From NCBI RefSeq assembly GCF_001194135.2, contig NC_068982.1, positions 179,622,420 to 179,654,834 on the forward strand: 32,415 nt of DNA, read 5' to 3'. Source of the stretch: Octopus bimaculoides (taxonomy: Eukaryota). Of the stretch, positions 12,386 through 24,634 are shown in pieces. The position numbers and the translations under genes are program-made. The notes beneath the pieces are model-generated. The model was not told the DNA's origin. It searched no databases and saw only the letters and a list, made by a program, of their open reading frames with translations. Each line of letters begins with the position of its first letter. Position 1 is the first letter of the stretch.

Positions 12386-12548
12386 ACAGCTGACGAGTAG
12401 ATACTTCTGTTAATTGTAATCGAACGGTCCAGCATTCGAGGTATAGCACTTATTCAAAGCTAAGTCTTTACTCGGAGTTTTGTTGTTTCCAGGTGAGGAG
12501 CCAAAGAAAGTCTTACAAAGGAAGGTGAGACTTTTGTATAAAAGGTTA

Positions 12549-12930
12549 GGTTGTGTGCCAAGAAGCTTGCTTCCCAGTCCCATGGTTCCGGGTTCAGTCC
12601 CACTGCGTGGTACTTTATGCAAGTGTCTCCTACTATAGCCTCGGGCCGATCAAAGCCTTGTGAGTAGATTTGATGGACGGAAACTGAAAGAAGACCGTCG
12701 TATATGTGTGTGTGTATGTGTGTGTGTATCTTTGTGTGCGTGTGTCTTTGTGTTTGTCCTTCACCACCGCTTGAGAACTGGTGTTGGTGTGTTTACGTCC
12801 CCGTAACTTAGCGGTACGGCAAAAGACATCGATGGAACAAGTGCTAGACTTCAAAAAGAATAAGTCCTGAGGTTCGACAATGTACCCTTCAAGCATAGCC
12901 GCAGTCAAATGACTGAAACAAGTAAAAGAT
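12549..12930 (+). mobile_element. tRNA-derived SINE, family A, near full length
   Basis: CATGGTTCCGGGTTCAGTCCCACTGCGTGG..TATAGCCTCGGGCCGA..GACGGAAACTGAAAGAAG..CCCCGTAACTTAGCGG..GCCGCAGTCAAATGACTGAAACAAGTAAAAGA. Confidence 0.9.
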
Positions 12931-12964
12931 GGAAGATAAAAAAGATGCGCATAAAACCATCCGA

Positions 12965-13248
12965 ACATACATACATACATACATACATGTGTGTATGTGT
13001 GTACGCATGTATGTATGTATGTATGTATGTGGGTATGCATGTATGTATGCATGTATGTATGTGTGTACGTATGTATGTATGTACGTATGTACGTATGTAT
13101 GTATGTATGTGGGTATGTGTTTATGCTTGCATGTATGTATGGATGGATGGATAGATGGATGGATGGATGGATGGATGGATGGATGGATGGATGGATAGAT
13201 AGGTAGATAGATAGGTAGACAGGCAGACAGATAGCTAGCCAGCTAGCT

Positions 13249-13325
<77 letters not shown>
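12965..13325. repeat. compound tetranucleotide microsatellite (TATG/GATG/GACA/GATA)
   Basis: Read directly from the sequence. Confidence 0.9.
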
Positions 13326-13973
13326 TAGATGCAAACTCAGAAAACGCGATATCCATAGAGACATGCATGTTTTGTATCCATGCACGGGCTTTATATGCAC
13401 GTTGTGTGTGTATATATGAATTTACATACATATATAGACATGTACGTTGTGTATATACAGAGCTGCATACATAGACACATGTTATATTGTATATGTATTT
13501 CTACAATTCTATATATTCTTATACAAATCGCAGTAATCTTTATATGTATGTACCTTATTAAAAAACGCTTTGTTGCAACAGCTGGTCGACTATATTGATT
13601 TTGTTACTGAACCACATATTTCTAATCGATCACTGATAAGCTTCTCAATATTTTCTTTCAGTTCCCTTCGATTATATTTGCTCCATCGAGCTACCGTTAA
13701 ATATTTATATACATAAAACGGCTTAAATATCTACACATATACATCCACATTGTTGAAAACGCAGACAAATACAGTTAATATACACACGCACACAAACACC
13801 CTCAAATAGATATCGGCATATACATTCCATAAATAAGAATGTCAAAGCACAAGTACACACTAAACACACATTATATGCATACATGCATATATTCAAACAT
13901 GCATGCATACATGGATACACACACACATAACATTCTTGTAAAAGAGTTTTATCCCTTTTTGAATTTATTTATC

Positions 13974-14008
<35 letters not shown>

Positions 14009-14784
14009 NNNNNNNNNNNNNNNNNNNNNNNNNNNNNNNNNNNNNNNNNNNNNNNNNNNNNNNNNNNNNNNNNNNNNNNNNNNNNNNNNNNNNNNNNNNN
14101 NNNNNNNNNNNNNNNNNNNNNNNNNNNNNNNNNNNNNNNNNNNNNNNNNNNNNNNNNNNNNNNNNNNNNNNNNNNNNNNNNNNNNNNNNNNNNNNNNNNN
14201 NNNNNNNNNNNNNNNNNNNNNNNNNNNNNNNNNNNNNNNNNNNNNNNNNNNNNNNNNNNNNNNNNNNNNNNNNNNNNNNNNNNNNNNNNNNNNNNNNNNN
14301 NNNNNNNNNNNNNNNNNNNNNNNNNNNNNNNNNNNNNNNNNNNNNNNNNNNNNNNNNNNNNNNNNNNNNNNNNNNNNNNNNNNNNNNNNNNNNNNNNNNN
14401 NNNNNNNNNNNNNNNNNNNNNNNNNNNNNNNNNNNNNNNNNNNNNNNNNNNNNNNNNNNNNNNNNNNNNNNNNNNNNNNNNNNNNNNNNNNNNNNNNNNN
14501 NNNNNNNNNNNNNNNNNNNNNNNNNNNNNNNNNNNNNNNNNNNNNNNNNNNNNNNNNNNNNNNNNNNNNNNNNNNNNNNNNNNNNNNNNNNNNNNNNNNN
14601 NNNNNNNNNNNNNNNNNNNNNNNNNNNNNNNNNNNNNNNNNNNNNNNNNNNNNNNNNNNNNNNNNNNNNNNNNNNNNNNNNNNNNNNNNNNNNNNNNNNN
14701 NNNNNNNNNNNNNNNNNNNNNNNNNNNNNNNNNNNNNNNNNNNNNNNNNNNNNNNNNNNNNNNNNNNNNNNNNNNNNNNNNNNN
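14009..14784. other. assembly gap (N run) flanked by (AT)n
   Basis: Run of N; end coordinate approximate. Confidence 0.95.
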
Positions 14785-14841
<57 letters not shown>

Positions 14842-15660
14842 CACACACACACACACACACACAAATACACACACAGAGTTTCACCAGCAAGAATGTGGCC
14901 ATACTAGACCATCCTCTATGGAACGAGTACTGATTCAGTTTTGGTGAATAAGAGAGCTTGATAGCGTCATTCTTAGTGACGTTTCCTATCAAAAATTTGA
15001 CTAATTCTTTTGGAATCGCAAGTAATTGGTTATCCAAGTAATTCTTGAAAACATGTACAATTTTGAGTGAGTGTGTGTGTGTGTGTGTGTGTATATATGT
15101 GTGTACGTTTGCGTGTGCGTGCACGCGCGTGCGTAAAAATTACTGTAAGATCATTAGAAATAATCACCTACCATTTATAGCAATTTTCAGGGTTTTAACT
15201 GTTATTCATTTGTAGAGTGGGTTACGGACATATTAAATCTGCTTCTTTGATATGTGTTGTAGCTGTGTATGTGTGCAGTTGAGAACAATTAGATTGTCAT
15301 AGTCTTATAAAACGATGGTCACGAGGTTTGTTGTTCATGAAGGTACTTCGATCACGTCTGGAGAAGTGTCTAAATTGAGGTGTGAATGACGTCTGTCTGT
15401 GAACAGTTGAGAAGCGAAGAGTTAGTATTATATGTGTAGTGTTAGAGGTTACAGCAAGTGGTTTATTTAATGCACACAAGAGACTATAAGAAGCATAACC
15501 AGATTCTGACATATACGAGAGTTTGATAAGAATACTGATCAGAGACAGCCACAATCGACATCGGTGGCAATGATGTTAGTCTGAACAGAATGATTGTCAT
15601 GCCAAAAGTAAAAGGAGGTATAGAATGTAGAAATATATTTTCAGTATGATGTTTTCATGT

Positions 15661-15822
15661 AGGCGCAGGAGTGGCTGTGTGGTACGTAGTTTGCTTACCA
15701 TCCACATCGTTCCGGGTTCAGTCCCACTGCGTGGGCACCTTGGGCAAGTGTCTTCTACTATAGCCTCGGGCCGTCCAAAGCCTTGTGAGTCAATTTGGTA
15801 GATGGAAACTGAAAGAAGTCCG

Positions 15823-15859
<37 letters not shown>

Positions 15860-15908
15860 TGTGTCTAGAATAAGTATTAGNNNNNNNNNNGAAACTGAAA
15901 GAAGTCCG

Positions 15909-15945
<37 letters not shown>

Positions 15946-16060
15946 TGTGTCTAGAATAAGTATTAGGCTTACTAAGAATAAGTACGCGGTGTCGATTTTC
16001 TCGACTAAGGGCGGTGCTCCAGCATGGCCACAGTCAAATGATTGAAACAAATAAAAGAGA
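15661..16060 (+). mobile_element. SINE family A spanning a 10-N scaffold join with duplicated flanks
   Basis: AGGCGCAGGAGTGGCTGTGTGG head to ATGATTGAAACAAATAAAAGAG tail; GAAACTGAAAGAAGTCC..GAATAAGTATTAG occurs on both sides of N 15881-15890. Confidence 0.85.
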
Positions 16061-16717
16061 ATATAATATATAGTGATTTTTCAGGAGAGACGGCAACAGA
16101 ATCAAACAAAAATCAAACGAATCGCTTATTTACCGTTTAATTCTAGTTTACCAATTCTACACATATGAACAAATACATAAATTATAATACACCCTCATTG
16201 TCTGTATTTGAAGGTGTGAGGCCTAAAACAGAGAATAAAACTGCTTGCGGTGAGTGATTATTGGAGAGAAGAGACAGCTAAATGGTTCAGGGCTGATATA
16301 TCTACGAAATATCTCTTTGTTCTCGAGAATAAACAACATTAAATATCCTTAATACGGTTTTGATGAAAGTAAGAGCCTGAGGTTTGCAAGATAACTTAGA
16401 GAGATGTGTAATGAGGTGTAGACGTGTTGAGTGTGTGGGAAAAACGTGTCTGTTGAAGTTGTAAGTTATCAATTTGAAGTTGCTCTTATGTAAAATAAAG
16501 TTACGATAATGGTTTTAAGGGTACAAAAAAAGAAAAAAGAACCATTATACCGTAGTAAAATATTGAAATCTAAGATACATATGTGTATGCGTGTGTGTTT
16601 GTGTGTGTGTGTGTGTGTGTGCGTGCTAGTATGTATGAATGCATATATCCATATATATATATATATATATATATACAGAAAGAAAGAGAGAGAAAGACTA
16701 TTCATTTATAACTATCC

Positions 16718-16755
<38 letters not shown>

Positions 16756-16767
16756 NNNNNNNNNNNC

Positions 16768-16850
<83 letters not shown>

Positions 16851-16920
16851 ATAAACGTAAATATATGCATATATGTGAAGATGTAAATATATCTGCGCAC
16901 ACTCATATATTTATATATAT

Positions 16921-17090
16921 TGTGGTTAGTGGTTAGGGCGTTGCACTCATGTTCGTAAGAATGCGGTTTCGATTTCTGGACGGAGTGATGCGTTGTGCTC
17001 TTTTGCAAAACACTTCATTTCACGTTTCACCAGTCCACTCACCTGACAAATATGAGTAATCCTACGACGGACCCGCATCCCATCCAGGTG
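16921..17090 (+). mobile_element. SINE family C
   Basis: GTGGTTAGTGGTTAGGGCGTTGCACTCATG..GGTTTCGATTTCTGGAC..CACTTCATTTCACGTTTCACCAGTCCACTCA. Confidence 0.8.
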
Positions 17091-17288
17091 AGAAATATAT
17101 GAGCCTAATGCACAGGAAGGACCTTTGATCCTTTTTTTATTATTATTATTTTTTTAATTGTTTTTTTTTATATTAATTAATATGTATATTGATCCCCTTT
17201 GGGGGTCACTGGGGCGCTGCAGCCATGCAGCCATGCAGAATATCTAGGGCGAGGAAGCCTGGCGAAGTCCATCCCTCTTCCAGAGGCT

Positions 17289-17587
17289 AAATTCATTTCT
17301 ACGGCTGAGTGGACTGGAACAATGTGAAATTAAGTGTTTTACTCAAGAACACAACGGATTACCCGGTCCAGGGATCGAAACCACAATCTTACAATCATGA
17401 ATCCAACACTCTAACCACCAAACGACGCGTCTCCTCTAGTGGTACTCATTTCTACAGCTGAGTAGACTTGAGCAACATGAAGTGAAGTGTTGTGCTCAAG
17501 AATACAACGCATCGCCCGGTCCAAGAATCGAAACCACAATCTAACGATCGTGAGTCCAACACCCTAGCCACTAAGCCACACGCCTCC
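17289..17587 (-). mobile_element. two head-to-tail SINE family C units (17289-17434 and 17441-17587)
   Basis: Each ~145-bp unit reads TCATTTCTAC.GCTGAGT.GACT..CAAGAA.ACAACG..CCCGGTCCA.G.ATCGAAACCACAATCT..CCAACAC.CTA.CCAC..CGC.TCC on the plus strand. Confidence 0.85.
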
Positions 17588-17633
17588 ACGTATATATGTA
17601 TATGTGTATGTATGTACCTATTTCTCTCTCTCT

Positions 17634-17681
<48 letters not shown>

Positions 17682-17789
17682 ATCTATCTATCTATCTATC
17701 TCTTCCTATAGCTTGTAGTCGACGCAATACTTGCGAATGAAACAAAGTAGGCAGAAACCGTATCGAAAACCATCTCATGGACTCTACCT

Positions 17790-17960
17790 GTAATTCAAGG
17801 TCAATCTTTGTGACAGCCTGTCATGGTGATATTTTTACTTGAGAATTACATAAAGGATACACATGCCTGTGGAATACCCAGTCACTTATGCGTTATTTTA
17901 GAGAATAGGTTGTTCAGTCAATCGAACAACTGATTCGACATCGTCAAAACCAACGGAGAT
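17790..17960 (+). mobile_element. 3' half of an old family-C-type SINE
   Basis: AAAGGATACACATGCCTGTGGAATAC..GTTGTTCAGTCAATCGAACAACTG aligns to the reverse complement of 146-270. Confidence 0.5.
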
Positions 17961-17977
17961 CCATTTAACTGCATCGG

Positions 17978-18195
17978 AAGGCGGTAAGCTGGCAGAACCA
18001 TTACCACGCTGGGCGAAATGCCTAGCAGCATTTCGTCCTCCTTTGCATTCTGGGATTAAATTCTGCTGGGGTCGGTTTTGCCTTTTATCCTTTCGGGGTC
18101 GATAAAATACGTACCAGTTGAGCAGTGGGGTCCATTTAATTGACTTAGCCTTTCCCACGAAACTGCTGGTCTCGTGCCTAAATTTGAAACCAATA
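17978..18195 (+). mobile_element. SINE family B
   Basis: AAGGCGGTAAGCTGGCAGAACC..GGCGAAATGCCTAGC..CCTTTCGGGGTCGATAAAA..AATTTGAAACCAATA. Confidence 0.85.
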
Positions 18196-18328
18196 AATGA
18201 GTATGTGTTTAAGTATGAATGTGTGTGAATAAGTATGTTCCCAACCTTAGTTTTGTTCTCACTCCATCTTCATTACCTCCACTTATTTCTATGTCTTTCT
18301 GTATCTCTTTCTCTCTCTCCTTTTAATA

Positions 18329-18392
<64 letters not shown>

Positions 18393-18517
18393 GAATAATC
18401 AAAACTATAAATATGATGACATTTCAAGTATTAACTGTTTAACGTTTAAGACTTGATCAAAAGAAATGCACACGGGTACTTATAAAATGTATGTATATGC
18501 ATACATGTATACACATA

Positions 18518-18557
<40 letters not shown>

Positions 18558-18879
18558 TATATATGTATGTACATATGTATATATATATGTTTGTGTGTGT
18601 GTGTGTGTTCACGAAATGGATTTCTCATGTTGTATTGACACATTTGTGCCTAAAGATAGTATCATAGATACCAGTCTTTGATTTAATGATGTTAGTAATA
18701 TATGTAAATTTGTGTACATTGGACATTGCTGTAACTAATGCTCATCAGAAGTTCAAGCTGAACTTTCAGTTGTATCGATCAATTTTCTAAACAACGTTAA
18801 ATCATGGTCAAACATTGTTAAAGAATGATCTGATCCTTTTCGGTGTAAGAAGCAGGCATTAGTCTTCTGCCTTGTATCA

Positions 18880-19620
18880 TTCATTAAGTCTCTTTTCTTA
18901 ACTGAAGCCTATTTTCTTCAAAACCAATTTGATTGTGAAGACCTATAACTGTTGGGTGAGTGCCATATCTTTTAGCTAGAATTATTTTGAAACCTGAGAT
19001 AATTTGAAGGATCTTTCTGATCAGTCGTTGCCATTTCGGATGTGTCTCGACACTGCCTTTGGGTGTGAAGCAGTTGTGTATATTGTCCGCCATTACTTCA
19101 ACGGTGAACACAGTTAAAGTTATCAACGCATTACCGAAGATCTGCATTCAAGAGAATTTTACCATAACATGAAATACTATAACGCGAAACGTATTCACCG
19201 ACGACTTCCAAGTTACATCGAAAATAGGTTTAACGTTACAGATATTCACATTGCGGTACGATTTTCTAGAGCGCAACGCTTCTGTGATGCGGAGGATAGT
19301 ATTAAAACTAAATTTGTTCTCAAGCCTGACATCTCAATCACTTTTAATTCGGCCCTTTATCAGGAATTCATCTCATTTCTTTCTGGCTGAATCGGATATC
19401 TTCCGCGTTAGAAGTTCGACTGAGATATTTATTAAGTCCCACACTCATCGGTTTATCGATTTATAACGCTGCTAGACGTGTATCGTCTGAGTTGAGCTTT
19501 TGGCTCTTTGATGATGCTTGTATTGGTAGTGAAACAATCCAGTCGTTCAACATATGAAGGGACTACGATAATCTCAGAATAATGATAAATGATGTGAAAT
19601 TTAAACTTTTCATACTGACC
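18880..19620 (+). mobile_element. heavily decayed CRE-like non-LTR retrotransposon RT
   Basis: Frame-hopping translation gives, in order, RPITVG (RPIAVG-like, 18939), FGCEAVVYIVRHY (GGCEAAVHAVR-like, ~19060), NTITRNVF (FNTxxRD-like), and ISSALEVRLRYLLSPTLIGLSIYNAARRVSSELSFWLFDDACIG (ISSxxGVQQGDPLGPxLFxL..SELNxWYLDDAxIG-like). Confidence 0.6.
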
Positions 19621-20208
19621 GCAATCTAGGTCAACACAAAACCTAGTAAAAATATTCAGGCGTCAAGTTCTATGGGTTGTCGTCCCTCAACAACAAAACC
19701 AGTTGTTCTTCGAAGTACAGTTAGTTGGTTTTAGCATTCCAAGGATCTCGGCAAAAATACAAAATTTGCGTAACCTTAATATTGGTGGAATAAAACTACA
19801 TCAAGCTTTCCATTCTTAGGAACTGCCGGATGCCAAAATTGACTTATCTTGTAAGTATTCCCTCTATTATACTTGTTTCTTGTTTAACTGACTTTGGCCT
19901 ATTTACCAAAAAAATACTAGGGAAAATACGTGATGTTGGTTTGTTAAATGTTCTTATCTGAACACAAACTTCTTTTTATCATTGCGTAATGGTACTTTGG
20001 GATTTTGCATCACTCGAGATGCATCCTCCTATTCTGGTTAATTGAAGTTGGAAGGAAAAAGAAAATAGCTAAGGTGGCAAGTAGTGTGTGTGTGCAATTT
20101 TTAGCACACACAGCACACACATCTGCATACACACACAGCACACACATCTGCATACACACACACATCTGCATACACACAGACTCACATACATACACACAAA
20201 CATACATG

Positions 20209-20665
20209 CAGCTCTATATTTAAGAGATGAGGAATTATGTACATTATTTACATAATTCGGCTAATATACCCTCCAGCCTTCAGGACATTTCGAACAGGTA
20301 TTTTTCGATGTTATTATTATTATAATTATTATTATTCAAATCACTGCCTGGAATCGAACTCGGAATCTAGGGGTTAGTAGCCCGCACTCTTAACCACTAT
20401 GCCATATGGGCAATTATGGAGTGAATTTTAGGGCTTATAAATCTAATATTTTCCTATCCTTCCTTAATACCGGTTCCCATATGCTACTCATATCTGCACT
20501 CAGTCTCCTTAGGAGGTTGTGCCCTAGCATATGTGCTGCTTCTTTCAGTTTAGGCTCAATATATTAGAATCATTATTTACATTATTTACATTTGATGGAT
20601 ATTTGTCCTCATCTTGTTGTTAACGCAACGTTTCGGCTGATATACCCTCCTGCCTTCCTCATGAT
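20209..20665 (-). mobile_element. 5'-truncated copy of the PLE at 26994-28715, in partial tandem arrangement
   Basis: Reverse complement of 20341-20552 (AAACTGAAAGAAGCAGCACATATGCTAGG..GGAACCGGTATTAAGGAAGGATAG..ATTAGATTTATAAG..CCATAATTGCCC..TGGCATAGTGGTTAAG..GAGTTCGATTCC) matches ~28300-28520. It continues through (AAT)n, an HHR remnant and the tail. A second HHR/tail segment lies at 20571-20665. Confidence 0.9.
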
Positions 20666-20677
20666 AATAATAATAAC

Positions 20678-20752
<75 letters not shown>

Positions 20753-20765
20753 AAGAAGAAGAAGA
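20664..20765. repeat. (AAT)n then (AAG)n microsatellite
   Basis: Read directly from the sequence. Confidence 0.95.
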
Positions 20766-21773
20766 ATATATATGTATATATACATATATATGTGTGTGTT
20801 TGTGTGTGTGTGTGTGTATACATATGTATATGTATATGTGTGCGTGCGTATATGTATATGCATATGTACGTTAAAGTAGAACATTGGAATGGATGCTCAA
20901 CACCGTATTAGTGGATAAATAATTTCTTTATTTGTGAATTAAGTCTACCATTGGTTTCATGTTAAGAAGAGTAGGAAAATATTCAAGTATCTTAACAATT
21001 CTTCCAGCCGATCGCATGGAGAAAGGTGTTCGCCACCTTTCACAAATAAAGATATATATATATATATACATACACACATAAGGAATGAAAAGCAAACAAA
21101 ATCTTTAAAATACTATATAAAATGCTCAACTTTTTTACTCGCTCCCTACTTCTTAACCTATTCAGCCGAGTAAACACACAGTGAAATCACTAAAAGCTCT
21201 CTCTAACCGACACCATCTACTATTACTAAAACATTATTTCTGTCTCCCCTCTCTCTCTTTCTCTTTTTCTCCTTCTCTCTCTCTCACACACACATTCTCT
21301 CTGTCTCTCTTTATCTCCCAGCTACTACCCACCCTCAGAAAATCCAGCCTGTTTCTATAGCATCAAACAACCAGGTATGTCCTCCACCACTTCCACCACC
21401 ACCACCACCACCACCACCACCACAACCACAACCACCGCATCAATCCTCTCCGCCTACATGGAATGATGTAAATCACACACCTGCTAACGACATTTACATT
21501 AGGACCACAACTCCACCGATCACACATTAGCTTTCATCAGTACGGTTGGGCATTATCTGCACATTAACTCAACATTAGTTGCATATTAAGTGCACATTAG
21601 CTGCACACTGCAACAATATATTTCATACATGTATCACAGACACATTAATCGATCTGTGAACCATCCATGTCTCAGGAGCGATTGATTTATCGTTTTCACT
21701 ACTTTCTTCCAATTCTACAGTTTAACTTTTCTTTAACTACATACTTTGCTGTTCTCCTACAACACTGTCTCTG

Positions 21774-21826
<53 letters not shown>

Positions 21827-22087
21827 CTATCTATCTATCTATCTCATTTAACATTCTACCTATCAAACAACCTATCTATTTACCTACTTACCTACCTGTC
21901 ATCTAACTGTCTATTTATCTATTTTCTCATACATTTATTACATATCTGTCTGTGTCAAAGCCTATATCTACTTAACCACCTACCTACATGCTTACCTATC
22001 TACACACAGAAACACACACATGCATACATACATACATAAATATATACATATATACATACATATATACATATATATATGTGCATATAT

Positions 22088-22120
<33 letters not shown>

Positions 22121-22256
22121 NNNNNNNNNNNNNNNNNNNNNNNNNNNNNNNNNNNNNNNNNNNNNNNNNNNNNNNNNNNNNNNNNNNNNNNNNNNNNNNN
22201 NNNNNNNNNNNNNNNNNNNNNNNNNNNNNNNNNNNNNNNNNNNNNNNNNNNNNNNN
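22121..22256. other. assembly gap
   Basis: Run of N. Confidence 0.95.
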
Positions 22257-22475
22257 ATATAATATTCACGACTGTTTGATGATCGACATCGGGAAACTCT
22301 GAGTAACAGAGTTTTATTTTTGTTTTTTCTTTTGCTTTGTTTTGTTTTTCAGCTTCAATAAATTACGATTTTACTTTCTGTTCGGTATTCGAGTGTTATT
22401 TTATACACCTTGTTTTGTACCAATGTGGTTGCACGTGTACATGTGTGTGCATAAATATACATATATACATACATT

Positions 22476-22523
<48 letters not shown>

Positions 22524-23195
22524 AACATACATTATATATATATAAATATAATTATGTATGTATGTATGTATGTATGTGTATATCGATTGATCGATCTGTT
22601 TAATGCCTGCCTTTCTATAAAGCTATCTATATACTCATGTCTATGCATTTCTTTCTCTTCTTCTTCCACTATCTTCTTCCTTCTTCCAGTCTTTCCCTGC
22701 ACCTCATGCTATCTCCCAACCATCCTTCCCCCTGCTGTCTCTCAAAATAGGTAAACAGAGGAATATCACTTTCCACCCTCTGAAACATAGACACACATTC
22801 ACTCAGATAAAAGTGCGCACACACACAACACACATGAACACAGGTACACACACAAGCACACAGAGGTACACTCATACTAGTTCTATATTCTATTCCTTGT
22901 CGTATATTTACTCATGTAATAGTGTGTATATATGAATATGTGTGTACATGTATGTGTGTCAGTGAGTTTTAGTCTATGCATGAGTAAGTGTATAAGATTA
23001 TGTCTGTATGCGTGCCTGAACATATGAATATGTATGAATTTGAACTGGAGTGCATGCTAGTTTTTGAAATTTTTGTCTAAAAATACTGATTTATTTCTGT
23101 TTTACGTAAGTTCTACTCAGTCTTGTTGAAAATTTTCCGTGTTGTCTGGTAGTTGGTGCATCAAACAAAATAACTTGCAATATTTTGTTAGGGTA

Positions 23196-23359
23196 GGGTA
23201 ACGAGCTGGCAGAATCGTCCCTATTTACGCCCTGAATTCAAATTCCGCCGAGGTCAATTTTGCTTATCATCCTTTTGGGGTTGATAAATTGAGTATCAGT
23301 CAAATACTGGGTTGGTTATAACTGAACTTGCTGGCTTTGTGCCAAAATACGAAACCAAT
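23196..23359 (+). mobile_element. SINE family B, internally deleted
   Basis: ACGAGCTGGCAGAATCGT..GAATTCAAATTCCGCCGAGGTCAATTTTGC..GGCTTTGTGCCAAAATACGAAACCAAT. Confidence 0.8.
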
Positions 23360-23539
23360 GTTTCGTTAGGACTTTATATTCTAAGTTCAAAATCTGTCGA
23401 GTTCATTTGATTAAACTGACCTCAGTGCTCGACTGGTATTTTATGGACACCAGAAAGAGAAAAGGGTTCAACGAAATACTTCAACAAATCGGGCAATGGT
23501 ATTGGTTCAGTTTCCACTCTAGCTGTGTGTATACGGTTA

Positions 23540-24100
23540 GCGGTGGGGAAGAGCGAAAACGTTCACGAGGGAGCTCTGACCATTGACGAAGACGAACAGG
23601 TTTCAGGGGACTTTCTCATCGGGAAATTCAATGGGTAACTTTCAAAGATCCTTGTCCTCACAGTGCTGCCAGAGAGCGCATGCGATTCGGCATAAACTCT
23701 ACAGGCACGGAAGTGCAATCAGACGGACCTTCACAGTCCCTCACCAGAAAAGAAATGCAGCCGGTGGTACGTCAACCTCTGAGTGGTAGAGACGATTGGT
23801 GGTGGATACCAGGAATGTCGTTTTATGAGACTCTGAGCATCGATGAAGATCGACTGAGCAGCTTACTCTGCAGGACTTCCAGCTGAGCCACCTTATATAA
23901 TATCCGAAAATAACTAACTTGTAGTGCAACAGGATAGTGGGGTGGGATTGGAAATTGCTGGCTCGAGATAAATTCAAAGCACGCAGGTACCGTCAGCCGG
24001 GTCTGCCAGACGTACCAAGTTATGAAACCGTTTTGCACATACTCGTTCAGTGTTTGCGTGTAGCTGATTTGTGGAGCTATGGCGAATAGATGTTAACAGC
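23540..24100 (+). mobile_element. L1/Tx1-like LINE C-terminal (zf-RVT-type) relics, two diverged segments
   Basis: NFQRSLSSQCCQRAHAIRHKLYRHGS, then a second ETLSIDEDRLSSLL..ARDK..H segment ending ETVLHILVQCLRVADLWSY (ETxxHxLxxC...W knuckle). Confidence 0.6.
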
Positions 24101-24634
24101 AATAGCTAGGTTTGACGAGTAAATTGATATAACAGAAAGATATATTAATAACCAACCGTTGTGATGACATTGTATCCCATGGGCTTTATAGAACAGGCCA
24201 AGTGTACAACATATTTTCCCCGTCATAAATACATTTATACCGTTTTTTTTTAAGTAGTAACATGTAAATGTTATAAACATCAGGTAATCTTCATTTATGA
24301 AATGCGCGAGGTAAATACTTCAGAATCACACGTTGTTTCACTATATGTATTTATTTACCCACTGAAAACTTAACTGTCTTGGTTACGAAAACTGCTAGAT
24401 TCAGTGAAGAGACCATTCGTACAAATTTAACTCATGTTTAAAATCTGCACCACCCACCAGCATGGAATGACTATGAACTTGATACAACGTCTGAATTGAA
24501 AATTGCAGCGTGTGTAAATGTATACGCGTATGCGTGTATGGGTGGTGAAAGATACAGAAAGAGAGATAAAAAAAAGAGAGTAAGAAAGAAAGAGAGAGAG
24601 AGAGAGAGTGTGTGTGTGTGTGTGTGTGTGTGTG

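Noticed and set aside
18884-19466. Listed ORFs of 71-87 aa as independent genes
   Set aside because: Better explained as off-frame or antisense readings of the CRE-like RT relic.
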